DNA of 64,000 nucleotides from NCBI RefSeq assembly GCF_009914755.1, contig NC_060941.1. One strand, 5' to 3'. The position numbers and the translations under genes are program-made. Numbering within the stretch: the first letter of the stretch is position 1; each line of letters opens with the position of its first letter. The stretch comes from the human T2T-CHM13v2.0 reference genome, Homo sapiens. Under the pieces are notes generated by a model. That model saw only the letters and a list, made by a program, of their open reading frames with translations. It did not search any database and was not told the origin of the DNA. This document shows, piece by piece, positions 13,959-29,959 of this stretch.

Positions 13959-15070
13959 CTAGAGCTAAGTGGGGCTCTCACCTGCTCCCTCTCTTCTCTC
14001 TGCTAGAGACCAGAGGCCTTGAAGGAAGGAAGCCCAAGGGTCTCTCCTGGCTCTGCTTCCCCATCACTGCCTCCACTTCCCCGCATCCCTTTCCCTGGCA
14101 GAGGCTTCTTGCCACAGGGCTCTGGGCACTCACAAGACCTACAAAAGAAAGGTTCACATTCACATTTGTCTTCTCTGTAGAAGTGCTGGAGGCTGATGGG
14201 GTGAGGGGGAGCAGCAACAGTTGGTGGTCCAGAGTTCTACAATGTTGAACTGTTTTAAATCGTCATAAGCCCAGGAGGCACGGATTGCTACACTCCTCGT
14301 TAGAAACCAGAGTCTCAAAGAGGGTGAGGAGGTACCCAAGGCCGTGCTGTTGGTGGCACGGTGGCAGAGCTGGGGCAGGAGTTCTGATTTTCCATCTCAT
14401 TCCTCTGTTACTGTCTAAGCAGAGAGCCTGGGTGACAGCTACCTACACAGAAGAAGGTATTCTGGGAGAGTTTCCTCCCCTCTCTAGGCCTCTATGTTCT
14501 CTGCAAAATGGAGATAATAAGACTGAAATGCACATAGTAGGTGCCAAATAAGTACTAGCTACATGCTTGCTAATGGGAGTCCTCCTGCACACTCACACTC
14601 TGCCTGGGCTCTGTAAGAACAGCCCGGAGCCTCCATCCAGTTTTCATCGCAGAGGAGGCGGGGCGGCAGCGTGGGCAGGAGCTCAGGCCAGGAGAATCCC
14701 TACTCTAAGTATGACTGTGTGATCTTGGGCAAGTGACTTCATTCCCTAAGTGTGTTTCCTCATCTGAACAAGGAGGCTATTGAAATGCAGGTGAGACCTA
14801 GTGAGACAGCGGCTGCGGGAATCACCTGGCCACAGTAAACGCCCTTGCATCCTATTGAGTGAGCCAAGGATAAGCGTGGTCCCTGGCAGGGTGCAGGATT
14901 CTATCCTGAAATACACCCCCTCCACTTTCTCCTATTCCAGTCCACCGGGGCCTCTCCTCCAGGCAGGAAACATGATCTCCTTTTGACCTATGAGAAAACA
15001 GACAGGAAGTTCAAGGCCACACAGATGTGAGTGTTAAGAACCCTGGGGGGAAGGTGTCTGAAACCCAAGG

Positions 15071-15072
<2 letters not shown>

Positions 15073-15111
<39 letters not shown>

Positions 15112-15122
15112 TGTGTGTGTGT
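15073..15122. repeat. (TG)n microsatellite
   Basis: About 25 TG units with one TA interruption. Confidence 0.95.
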
Positions 15123-15216
15123 CGGGGTGTGCTGAGGGGTTGGTCAGCCAGGTGATTTAAATGCGGGTATAGAACAATAGGTAGTGGTGGGGCCCCGAAG
15201 AACTTAGATTCCTTAA

Positions 15217-15599
<383 letters not shown>

Positions 15600-16279
15600 A
15601 ACGTATGTCAACTTCAAAATTTTCACTTTTTGCTCTGCTTTCCAATCAAAACAAACCTAGCAGCCTGAGTTCGGCCTTTGAGCTGCAAGTTTGAGACTCT
15701 GCCCCAACACTGACTTTATTGAGCCTCTGCATTGCATAGCGTGCACACCCCTGCTCACCCTTCTACCTGTGTGCAACTAAGGATGACAAGCAGGGTCAGC
15801 AGCAGAAGTGTCTTGGGGCTAGCTCTGCTGACAGTGATCCCTGATCAGTTCCTAGTTCTCTTCTGAGAAGACTGAGCCCTCTCAACCAGCATCATTCAGA
15901 GCAGTCTCAGGATGGTTAGGCCTATGGCTGTCCTCCTCTGGAAGGGCCCTAGTTTGTTCAGAAGCCTCCCTGGTTAAAGCAGGCAGAGGAAAATCACTCT
16001 TGAAAGCTCAACTCACTAATCACCTCCTCCAGGAAGCCTTCCCTGAATTCCTTGACAGGACTAGGTCATTACTCTGCATGCCTGGGCACCACAGCACTCT
16101 TCATGGGTAACTTTCACATTGCAACCCAGGGTCTAACCCAGTGTCTGACCCACAGTGGGCTCTCCATGCATGAAATGGGTGACTAAACTCACCTGCTGTG
16201 TGACTTTGGATCAGTGACTTCACCTCTCTGAGCCTTGATTTTCTTATCTGTAAAATGAGTTGAGGCAAGACAGCATTCA

Positions 16280-16933
<654 letters not shown>

Positions 16934-16971
16934 CACCTGGCACACAGTAGGTACTCAAAAGTGGCAGTTCT

Positions 16972-17285
16972 GGTCAGGCGTGGTGGCTCACACTTGTAAT
17001 TCCAGCACTTTGGGAGGCCAAGGCAGGAGGATCACTTGAGCCCAGAATTCAAGACCAGCCTGGGCAACATAGCAAGATGCCATCTCTATAAAAAATAAAT
17101 TGGCTAGGCATAGTGGTGTATGCCTGTGGTCCCAGTTACTCAGGGGGCTGAGGTGGGAGAACTGCTTGAGTTCAGGAGTTTGAGGCTGCAGTCAGCTATG
17201 ATCACACCATTGCACTCCAGCCTGGGCAACAGAGTGAGACTCTGTCTTACACACACATATACACACATTCACACTCACACACAAA
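16972..17285 (+). mobile_element. Alu (AluJ-type) with CA-rich tail
   Basis: Dimeric Alu with J-type GGAGTTTGAGGCTGCAGTCAGCTATGATC. Confidence 0.9.
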
Positions 17286-17909
17286 AGCAGTTGTTAGTAC
17301 CTTGACCGCACACCCTCTTCCATCTGCCTGCATATTCCTTCCTCCTCTCACTCTCTGGGACACCCATCCCCTTTGCAACCCAGGGCTCCCTTCCTGCCCA
17401 TCCTCTGAGGTCTGCCTCAATCGCCACCTCCTCCAACCCTTCGCTGAACTGACATCCAGAAATGCTAATCCCTTGAACAAATGTGCTTCCTTGAGTGGTG
17501 CCTGAGCTATGGCTCCCAAAGAGGCCAGGCTTGTGATCCTCTTTGTACCCCCAGCCCTGCCTACAGGGTCCAGTGGCCCCAGTCATGTAAACTTGATACC
17601 AAGGAATTTTCAAAACAAAAAATACCTAATTCCAAGGCCAGAAAATTGACTCTCCTTGGGGTTCCAGCTGGTCTCCCACCCTCTCCAGGTGGAGAAGCTA
17701 GTCTTGGGGACCCTTGTGTGGGAACCAGAAATCTCCCAGCAAGACCTCCTTGTCTTGCCTCCCACTGGGGTCCCTAGAACCAGCCTTCCCTTAGGCTCCA
17801 CTCAGGAGCAGGTTAAGGTAAGGCAGGGAGGGCAGGAGACCAGCTCGGGGTGGAGATTGGGAGCCCTGGATGGATGATAGGGACTGTTCCCATTAATCTA
17901 GCATCTTAA

Positions 17910-18110
17910 AGCAGTAATAGCACTTACTGCATGCCAGGCTGTGAGCTAAATGCTTTCCACACGTACCTCATTCAATCCTCTCAACAGACCCATGAGGTAG
18001 GTACTATTATCCCCATTCTACAGATGAGGAAACGGAGGCTCAGCAAGTTAAGTAGTTTGCCCAAAGCCACCCAGCTGGGCATAGAGGAGCCACGTTTAGA
18101 AACCAGATTT
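17910..18110. mobile_element. MIR
   Basis: ATTATCCCCATTCTACAGATGAGGAAACGGAGGCTCAG core. Confidence 0.8.
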
Positions 18111-18425
<315 letters not shown>

Positions 18426-19029
18426 AACCAGATCTGTCATCCAGAAACCGCACTTAAAACAAGCTTAAAACAACACAGTTCGCACTGGGATCCAGCTCTG
18501 TCTTGCTCTTGACATTCACCCTGGGAGACGGGTAGCCAAGTCCAGTAGGAAGGACTGTGGGGACCTGTGTTGATTCTGTCCTGTAGCTTGAGAACCTGGA
18601 CAGGGGACTTCACCACTCTGCGCCTGTTTCCTCATCCACAAAATGTGATGAGCCGACCTCACAGAGGGGGCACCAGGATCTAATGAGACCATGCACAGAA
18701 GGGGCACAGCAGGCCTGGGACAGAGTGAGGGCCCCCCATCTATCACAATACCTTATTTTGCAGATGCAGGATTCACTTGTCCCAGGTCACCCACAAGCTC
18801 TGATGCCTTGACCAGCTCCCCTCTGCCCTACCAAAGGACAAATGAGGGAGGCTTCGATGGGGCTGTTAATGGGGTCATATCCCACAGACCCTAGAGGCTG
18901 GGTGGGGCTGAGAGGCTTCCCAAGCAGGTGGCAGTGAGCTCCCACCTGAGCTATGGCAAGTAGAGACCTAGGCATGAAATTGCTCCGAGGTCTGTACCTT
19001 AAGTTTCATGCAAGGACTCTCTCATTCAA

Positions 19030-19675
19030 CATGCCTCTGTTTAAAGTCTGCCAGTGGCTACCTTCCTTGCACTAGAATTGCAAACAAATTCCTCACTGAG
19101 CTCTCTGCAGCCCTGCAGGCTCTGGCCCTCCCGATATGGCTCTGACTTCAATGTGCCCATTACTTGTCCCCTTGCTGACGGCCTCCTCACAATTCCACTT
19201 ACTCACCAAGTTCTCTCCTGCCTCAGGACCTTTGCACTTGATGTTCTTTCTGCCAATGATGCTCTTCCCAGGAGGGCAGGCCCCTGTAGTCCCAGCTACT
19301 CAGAAGGCTGAGGTGGGAGGACTGTTTGAGGCCAGGAATTCAAGTTCGGCCTGGGCAACACAGCAAGACCCTGCCTCTAAAAGAACAAAATGCTCTTCCC
19401 AGACTCTACCCATGGCGGTTCCTCTTGCTATTTAGATCTTTGCACAGACAGGCCTCCTTCTCTCTCCCCCAGCCAAGGAGCCCTAGCCGTCACTTCACCT
19501 GCTAATTTTCGTCCTAGCACTTACTGCTCTAAAATTATCTTCGTCATGTATCTAAGCATTTGTTTGCTGTCTGTCTCTTCCCACCAGGATGCCAGCTCCA
19601 CGACAGCAGGGACCGCATTGTCTCTGCTGATTCCTCAAGACTCAGCAAGGTGCCAGGTGCCCAGTAAATGAAGTT
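19030..19675 (+). mobile_element. L2 fragment containing a FLAM insertion
   Basis: CCTCAGGACCTTTGCACTTGATGTT and L2 3' end text. Confidence 0.65.
19272..19390 (+). mobile_element. Free left Alu monomer (FLAM)
   Basis: Single monomer; TSD ATGCTCTTCCCAG at 19259-19271 and 19390-19402. Confidence 0.85.
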
Positions 19676-19897
19676 TACATGAAGCCAATGGAGTTTTGAA
19701 ATCGAAAATGTTTCTCAAACTGCAAAGAAGTGGGCACAGGTGAGGGCTAATGGTGGGGTGAGGGTGGGGGCCTGGCCTGACGCTGGAAGCTCCTGTACGC
19801 AGGGCGCTAGTGTCCTCCCAGGCCGCACCGGGATCCCACCGCAGAGGCCCCCTCCCGCAGGCCGGCCAGCGGGCGGGGGGCGCGCAGTGGGGCGCGC

Positions 19898-19916
19898 GGA
19901 CCGCCAGGGGGTGCTG
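19898..19916 (+). promoter_or_regulatory. CTCF motif
   Basis: GGACCGCCAGGGGGTGCTG closely matches the CTCF core. Confidence 0.55.
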
Positions 19917-19980
19917 TCGGGGCGCGCACGGCCCACCTGGCGCCCGGGGCCGCGAGCGAGCGCAGCCAGGCCGCCCGGGA

Positions 19981-20407
19981 ACTTTTTTCCTCGCGCTCTT
20001 GCTCTCCTTCTCCCCCCGCGCGTCGCCCGCCCGCCCGTCCGCTCGTCCGCTCTTCCTGTGCGGAGGGGATCGCATTCCTCGCGGCACCCGCGGACACCAG
20101 GCAGGCCCGGCCGGGTGCGCGGCCAAGGCCCGCTCCCCGCGTCCCCGGGCGCCGCCCCCGCCCGCGGCTGGGCTCCGAGAGACGAGTGGGAGAGCGAGTG
20201 CAGCGAGGGCGAGAGGCGAGCCGAGCAGGCCGCCCTGCCCGCGGCCCTAGCGCCGGCGCGAGGAGGGGGCGCCGCGGCCCACCCTCCTTCCTGCCTGGCC
20301 GCGGGCCGGCCGGGCCGCCGCGCCCCGACCCCCATGGCCACCCAGGCCTCCGGGCCGCGAAGTCGCAGCGCCAGACCCAAGGCCCCCGAGTGAGCGCGGG
20401 CGCCGAG
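19981..20407 (+). other. Candidate non-coding first exon (TSS uncertain)
   Basis: Donor GAG|GTGAGC after 20407, followed by G/T-rich intron-like sequence. Confidence 0.65.
20334..20393 (+). CDS. Candidate uORF, MATQASGPRSRSARPKAPE (19 aa)
   Basis: CCCATGG...TGA within the candidate first exon; translation not demonstrated. Confidence 0.35.
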   Translation: MATQASGPRSRSARPKAPE

Positions 20408-21068
20408 GTGAGCAGCGAGCGCCGGGGCGCGGGGGGCGCAGTGTATCCTGCCCCGGGGCGGGGGCGGCGCGAGGCGTCGGGATCCTAGGCCGGGTGATGA
20501 GCCGAGGCGGGTTCGGACGCCGAGCGCGCGCGCTGGGTGGAGATGTGGGTCCGCGGGGTCCTTGCTTTGTGTGGTGTGGGGGGTGCGCGAGGTCACCGGA
20601 TGGACGTCTGGGGAGCTGCAGGGTGGGGGCGCCCTGCGCCGCGGCTGAGGGTCTTCTGGGGGATGTGCGGCCAGCTGAGGTCGGGTGGGGGCATGGGGGC
20701 GCGAGGGGCGAGTGTGGCAAGGGATCTGCTTGCGCCGAGGCGCGGAGTCTTTGCGGAGCGTGGGGTGGGGACGTGGGGTGCATTCGCGGGGCGCCGGGGG
20801 CGGAGGTGAGCTTTGTGAGTGCGTCCGAGGTGGGGGACGGGGAGCTGACTTCCCCATGCGTGACCCGGGCCCGGCGTGGCCATCGCTTGGGAGTCAGGGC
20901 CGGCGAAGGCCGTGCGTGGCGAGATGGGTGCTCGGGCTCTCTGCGGTGTCCCTACCCGGGCAGCGGCCCCGGGGCCTGTGCGCAGGCCCGAGGCCGGGCA
21001 GGAAGCGGCCCCCGCGACCTGGGGAGCTCTGTAGCGGCCAGGCCCGGGAGGCACGGGCCCTTCGGGGA

Positions 21069-21076
21069 TGACGTCA
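21069..21076. promoter_or_regulatory. Full CRE palindrome
   Basis: TGACGTCA in a CpG island. Confidence 0.65.
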
Positions 21077-21792
21077 CGGGCGGGGGCCCCGGACACGCGA
21101 GCCTTGCGTCCCACAGACGGCGGCGCAGCCCGCCGCCCTTTTCGAGGCCGGCCCCCCCTCTCACGCGCCTTGAAGGCAGGGAACCCGGGAGGAGGACATG
21201 GGGGCCGAGTGCGGCGGGGACAAGGGGTGGCAGGACGCGAGGGTGACATTTGGAGCCTGGTCGCGCCAGGGGCCTCCGTGGTGGGGCGGAGGGGAAGCGA
21301 AACACCAGCCAGGCCCTAGGCCGTCGCGGCCCCAGCTTCCTGGGGCGCCCGTTTTCCCGGCTAGCAGTTTTCTTTCTTGGGGCTCTTGGTCGTTATCCAG
21401 TCCACGCAGGGGCCGGAGTGCGGGCTGCCGCGGTGCTCTCCTGCGCGGAGCCCGGGCTGGCGGGGGCGCGGCGGGCCTCGGGCTCTGAATGGATGGGAGC
21501 GAGTGTAACAATGCGCCGGTGGGGGCTGGGGGAGGGGAGGCCGCGCGCCTGAATGGCGGAGCCGGCCGGGCGCTGCTCCGCGCGCCGCACACTCTCCCGC
21601 GCCGCCTTCCCCGCGGTTTCGGCGGGCCCGGATTCAGGGACCCACTCGGGATCTGCACGGTTCCTCCCACCAATACTGTCCCCCGCCCCCCTTTTATGTC
21701 TTTCCAATGCAGTAGTGTGTTGAGAATTCAAGGGCATTACATCTGGTTGCAATCCAGTTTCATGCCGCTGCCGGGCTGTTAAGACCTCGCGC

Positions 21793-21800
21793 TGACGTCA
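21793..21800. promoter_or_regulatory. Full CRE palindrome
   Basis: TGACGTCA at the island edge. Confidence 0.6.
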
Positions 21801-22380
21801 GAGCAGGGGAATTACTTCTTTTTATTTTATCTTTTTTTAGTTGTCTGCTGCCCTGGGAGGAGAGGCGGGGGTGGGTTAGGCTAGCTCTGATGTGGAGGCG
21901 CCAGCGTGATGGGAGCCCCGAGCTGGGGGCTCTGCTTCTCTTCCTGCCCCTGCCCCCCTCCATTCTCCATACAGTCCTCGCTCTGCTCAGGGTCAGGCCC
22001 ACCCCAGGTGGGGGGCAGCCCTCGCTGCAGACTGAATGGTGGCCCCTCCCTGCTGACCACACAGCTGGGTTTTCAGAGGCTTTCCTGGGACGTGGCCCTC
22101 GGGATCTAGAAACTGGAAAGGAATCTTCTAGTTTCCCACCCCTCCCCCTCTTGACAGGCAAGCCGGTATATTCGGGGCCCAGGAGCAAGGAAAAGTGGCC
22201 TTTTGCGTGACACAGAAGTGGACACATCATTCTGATCTCAGGGCAGGCTCAGCCCCATAACTCTGGCAAAAGCTCTCACAAGCAAAAGCCTTGGAGAGGA
22301 GGAGAATGTATCAAGGTGAGATCCAGGCCCCAGAAGCCAACTGTGGAGTGGGCAAAATAGGACCTTTCCCACCAGCCTAG

Positions 22381-22809
<429 letters not shown>

Positions 22810-22813
22810 TAGA

Positions 22814-23053
22814 CCAATTGCTTTCAAATTCTTGCCCGTGACCTATAGTAAGAAATACATCGTAGGTAACTACACAGGTCACACTGTATATAGCTGAAAC
22901 AAAAGTTTACTGAAATAACTCCCTTACTGTGTCTGCTGGTCTGTAATCCTTTTTGTTCTTGTGTATTTGTTTTTTTTTTAATTACTGATTGCTACCCACG
23001 AAATTAATTTTGCAATCCACTGATGGGTCATACCCAGAATTTGAAAAAAACAA
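22814..23053. mobile_element. hAT-Charlie DNA transposon remnant
   Basis: Ends CTTTCAAATT...GTGACCTATAGTAAGAAATACAT and TGGGTCATACCCAGAATTTGAAAA are imperfect inverted repeats. Confidence 0.6.
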
Positions 23054-23280
23054 GCCTAGGAAATGAATTTGCCATCTATTCATGCAACAAATGTTAATTG
23101 CAACCCTAATAATTCCTCTCATGTTAAACTACTCAAGTAACACTTGGATACTTGGGTGAAAAATGCAAATAAGCCAGAAATATATGTAGTAAAAGTAAAA
23201 GTTCCCTTGGCACCCTCCCTGCAGGTAACCCCAGTTAATAGTTTGAACGTATCCTTCCAGACTTTTTGTTACTCACTTAA

Positions 23281-23283
<3 letters not shown>

Positions 23284-23329
<46 letters not shown>

Positions 23330-23337
23330 GTATGTAT
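23284..23337. repeat. (TA)n(TATG)n microsatellite
   Basis: Direct read. Confidence 0.95.
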
Positions 23338-23439
23338 ATTACATATACCAATCCATGCATAGTTTTCTTTTTCCCCAAGTGAGGACATACTGTGGGCTCT
23401 TCCTCGGCAGCTTCCTTTTTCCTCTCCGTTTGTCTTGGA

Positions 23440-23690
23440 GAGGTTGGTTGTGTGGCGAAGTCCTTCAGGGCAAGTTCTGGGTTGACTCCTGGCTCCACCA
23501 CATACTGAACAGGCCATTTACCTCTCTGTGCCTCAGTGTCCCCATCTTTACAATCAGGAGAATAACAGTACAGACCTCACGGTACTGAAGTAAAGATGCA
23601 GTGAGTTAATCCATATGAAGTTTAGAGCAGTGCTTTTGCCAATAAATGCTGATTGCTGCCGTCATTGTTGTATTGTTATTGCTGTTCTAT
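23440..23690. mobile_element. MIR
   Basis: CCTCTCTGTGCCTCAGTGTCCCCATCTTTACAAT core. Confidence 0.7.
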
Positions 23691-24029
23691 CTCCATGGCA
23701 GCCCATGTTTGAAATGCATTGCTTTCCACAGCTGCCTGTGGCCATGGCATGGGTGTCTTTTTCCTCCCCTATCCAACGTGTGGCTCCACAGGGAGGGAGG
23801 AGGTGCAACAGCAACGGTGTGCGCAGAGCAGCGTCTCTGCGGGAGAGGCACCTGGGCACTGGGCCCAAGGGAACAGGGATTTTCCAAGGACCCACTGTTT
23901 CCAAAGTTCTGTGCTTAATGTCGGGGTCCAAGCAGGAAGCATCCCTGCACTTGACCACAAGAAGGTCACAGCCCAGTGGGTGATTGGGACCCAGCTCATA
24001 GCCAAGGCCTCGACCAGAGCTGGAGGCTT

Positions 24030-24790
24030 CCTGGAGGAGGGGCCTTTGAGCAGGTGCTTCAGGCACGGCGAGGTAAGAGTGAGAGGAGCATTCCTGGCAG
24101 AGGGAACACAGTGAGCAGAGCGAGTCTTTGGAAGCTGGAAGGGATGTGGCCTGTGTGCTGTAGCCAAACAAGAGGGGAGGACTTGGCTCAGAAAGAATGG
24201 TGGCGGAAGAGGTTGGGCTGTTGCTGGGACCTCCTCACTGGCCTCCCTGCCTCCATCCTGTCCCCTCCCAGGTGCTGGCCAGCAGCACTGTCAGAGCGAT
24301 CGTTCTAAACCCAGCAGATAACCTCCAGTGGCTCCTGCTGCCTTATGAATAAAGGTCCCATCTGTAGTTCTTCCCATGCTGTCCAGGGCCATTTCTGGTG
24401 TCCTCTGCCTGCCCTGTCCTCATTCAGTCCTGTCCCCTCCAGCCACAGCTGGCACCTCCTTGTTAAGGTGCAGCCATGTGCATCCTTGCCTCTGTGCATC
24501 GGGCTGGGCTGTTCCTTCCACCTGGGATGCCCCTCACCTTCCTCCCTGCCGCCCCAGACCAAAACAGACGTCCTGTCTCCTCCTCCTCTGACCTCCGAGG
24601 CAGAATGAGTCATCTCCCTTTGTCTATACTCGTGGCATAGCGTTTATCACGGAATTATCGGCAATTCTGCCAGTGTCTGTCCTCCCCATGAGGCTGAAGC
24701 ATCGAGGCCTGAAAGCACGTCTCCTTGCTCTCTCCGGCCCAGTGCCAAGGGCGAGGCCTAGAACACAGGACGCTCAGAAATGCTTCCTGG
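24030..24790. mobile_element. L2 fragments (both orientations)
   Basis: GGCTTCCTGGAGGAG...GGCAGAGGGAACA (antisense); CCTCCTCACTGGCCTCCCTGCCTCC...GCTGTTCCTTCCACCTGGGATGCC (sense). Confidence 0.55.
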
Positions 24791-25180
24791 CAGGAGGGCC
24801 AGGTGAGGTGGAGAGGGTGAGAGCCCCAACATTGTCTCCCGTGGGCCCCTTTGATCTTTAGCAAGGGCATGCTCAGGTCTGTGTGGATCTTGTGCTGTCA
24901 GCCTTTAGATGAGTGGGGTGAGGGGCTTGGTGGGGTCGGGGGGCAGGGGGAGGTGGCGGGCAGCTTCCCCAGGCTGCTTCCTGAGGGGGCTGGGAGAAAC
25001 TGGCTCATCCTGTTCCCCAGTGATTGAGGCAGAGCTGTGCCCTGTTCCTGGTGGGTCACTGGGGATCTGAGATTGGAATGTGACACCAGGGAAGGGGAGG
25101 CAGGGTGGGAGGCAGGGCTTGGAGGTACAGGCTGGGGCTTGGCTGGCAAAGGACAGATTTCGCTCCACTGGTTCTTGAAC

Positions 25181-25182
<2 letters not shown>

Positions 25183-25222
<40 letters not shown>

Positions 25223-25232
25223 ACGCGCGCGC
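25183..25232. repeat. (TG)n followed by (CG)n
   Basis: About 19 TG units, then CACGCGCGCGC. Confidence 0.95.
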
Positions 25233-25488
25233 CGGGGAGGGGAGAGATGGGGAAGAGAAAAACATGAGGGCAGAGAGGTGGAGTGGGGGTGGAGGACCTG
25301 GGGAGTGGTGAGCAGGGACAGGGAGAGATGGAAGTGGGGGGACGGCAAGGAGTGAGGGAGAAGTTCCTGCTGCTGCTGCTGGAGAGTATGAAGAGTGTGC
25401 TTAGGGCCAGGAAGGAAAGCAGCCAGGCGCATCGTCTCACACCACCATCAGCCATGCCTTCCTTCGTCTGTCCAGCAGACAACCCTAA

Positions 25489-25760
<272 letters not shown>

Positions 25761-26352
25761 GTTGAGCAACCTCTTTCTGCACAAAGTGATCAGGCTGGGG
25801 GAGAGAAGGTGCCCAGAATGCTGTGCAGAGGCAGGAGAGGAGGGTGGAGCAGGCGAGCATGGGGTAGGGGGCAGGGAAGCCATGTGTTAGGCACTATGGT
25901 GGGGAGCCAGGACTGCTGGGGAGTCTTCCTTTCCTCTCTGGCCTCGGTCTCATCTGTAAATGGGGGAAGAGTGGACTGCTCTTGCACTGATGGTCTGTGG
26001 ACCCAAGTCACCCACTCCTTGGGCATGAGAAACCAGGGACCCCGTGGAGACAGCTGATAGAACAGGGACAGCAGGCATGCTCAGAGCGTCTGCAGGCCCA
26101 TGGTCAGGGGGCTTGAGGGAGAACATGCAGAATCCAGTGGAGCTTGGGTTCGCCTCCTAGAGTTCCCTTCTTGGAGACTGTGCTCATCTGGAAGGCGAGA
26201 TAGGGTCGGGGTAGGGGAAGGAGCACTGGATTCGGAATCAGGAAAAGTGGTTGAGTTTTAACTGCAGCATCCCTCGGGCAAGTCACTTTCCCTCTGTGAG
26301 GGTCAGTTTCCTCTTCTGTCAAAAATGTGAACGGGCTTTGTTGTAAGCATTA

Positions 26353-26700
<348 letters not shown>

Positions 26701-26735
26701 CTATAGCTTGGGGCCATAAACAGGCTTTGGGGTCA

Positions 26736-27114
<379 letters not shown>

Positions 27115-27197
27115 AAAATGAGGATAGTAACAGGCCCCTCCTGGTTGCTGCTGCACAGTTCCTCAGCTGGGATATCATTGCTGGGCTGTTAGGCAGT

Positions 27198-27874
<677 letters not shown>

Positions 27875-28714
27875 AATTATTCTTCTTCCATTCATGCCAG
27901 GTCACATCTAACCCTTACCTGTAATAACATTGGCCAAAATGAGGAGTTTGGTGCTTATTTCTTTTCTAGCCAGGTCAAGGCAGATGGATTGAGTGGGTCT
28001 TTTTACACATGGGGCGGGTGAGAATTACTAGTTTTCTGGCCAGAGTTTCTGTATGTAAAGGGACTTTGCCCCAGTGGTGTAGGTGGACCCCAGGAAAGCA
28101 TCCAGCAACTTGTGACTTTAGTGGCAGTATAACCACAAACTCTCATTCATTCGTTCATTTATAAATCACGTGTAGAACACCAGGGTACTGAGAAAACAGC
28201 CATGAATGAGATGCAGCTCTAATGTAGCATAGTGGGTATGCATATGTATTTTGGACTTTGCCTGGGTTCAGATCCAGGGTCTACCACTTGCGAACTTAGC
28301 CAAGTTATTTATCTCCTTTACTTGGTTCTGTCATCTGTAAAATGGGGGAACTGATAGAATCTACCTCATAGGGTGGTCGTTTGTTCAAGTCCAGCATCAG
28401 GTACATAGAAAGTGCCAGAGCATGGCCCTTCCTCCATTGTTGCTTTTATTTCTGCCCTGAAGGATCTCATGGACCAGCTTGGTGCTGGAGGAGGTCACCC
28501 TGGCCAGGCTTCTCAGTGACGGTTGGCATCCAGAAAGGGGTGCCAAAGCCCCCCAACTCCTTGAATCAGACCCTTCTATAGTGATCTAAAGCTGCTTCTC
28601 TGCTTGACTGTTGGGGCCTGATGCTGGGGAGGTCCTGTGAGGCCTTATTGACCTGGGAAAGTCCGCCTTTGTCTGGCGCCAGGTGTGCTTGATTTTAGAA
28701 GGAATTTCATTCCT

Positions 28715-29070
<356 letters not shown>

Positions 29071-29749
29071 TCACCAGCCGGAGGCAGCAGGACTGCCTGC
29101 CTCTGTGTGTCTTTAGGCAGGTTCCTCAAGCTCCCTAAGCCCGTTTCCTCCTTCATCAAAGGCGAAAGTAATAGTACCTATTTCATAGTTTTGTTAAGAG
29201 GATCAAATGAGATAGGGCCTCTAAAGCACTTAGCCAGTCCTGGGCACAGAATAGTGTGCTTAGTAAATATTGTGCCTATTAGTGATAATCAGAATTCTCA
29301 GACAATGTAAAGTAAAAACCACCTGAAAGATTTCTTAGGAGCTACAGCTTCATAGAGATGTGAAGTTGTAAACCTCCCAGAGCCCAAGTGGACAAAGAAT
29401 TGTTACAGCAGCTGGAGAGACAGGAGACCCAGAGAAGCTTAACTCCTGTAGCAAAGTCACCCAGCATTCTGGCTTGGGGTGGGCAGGGATGGGGAATCAG
29501 AGCTGGCTTTCAGTCTGGTGCTCTCTGGTGCTTTGATAGTGATTCCTTCAGCAAATAGCTATGGGCAAACAGCATTGATGCACAGCTGAGGTCATATGGG
29601 CCTGTCTTCTGGAAGCTTCTGTTCTGATAGGGAAAATGAAATTTCTACATGATCATGATGAGAGGTAAAATAAAATCACATGTTCTATTAGAAGGGTAAA
29701 GTCATCGGGTATTCACTCATTCAAGGGGGCTCTGTGCCAGGCTGTGGAG

Positions 29750-29959
29750 CAGTGGGTCTCATTCGGGGGCGATCTTGTGTCTCAGGGGACACTGGGCCAT
29801 GTCAGGAGACATTTTTGGTTGTCTCAGCTGGGGAGGTGCTGCTGGCATCTAGTGGGTAAAGGCCATGGATGCTGCTAAACATCCTACCGCACAAGGCAGC
29901 CCCCGGAACCACACACCAGCTGGCCCCTGATGTCCATGTGCCGAGGGTTGAGATCCCTG
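29750..29959 (+). mobile_element. MER20 (hAT-Charlie)
   Basis: CAGTGGGTCTCA...GGAGACATTTTTGGTTGTC...GGCATCTAGTGGGTA...GATGCTGCTAAACATCCTA...TTGAGATCCCTG. Confidence 0.85.

Larger units (their letters stand above)
19770..21800 (+). promoter_or_regulatory. CpG island promoter 1
   Basis: About 2 kb, very GC- and CpG-rich, with GC boxes, a pyrimidine-rich initiator-like tract at 19981-20056, CTCF-like motifs and two full CREs. Confidence 0.9.

Noticed and set aside
19715-21319. Many long R/P/G/A-rich ORFs on both strands
   Set aside because: Expected from very GC-rich DNA; overlapping in all frames with no protein-like features
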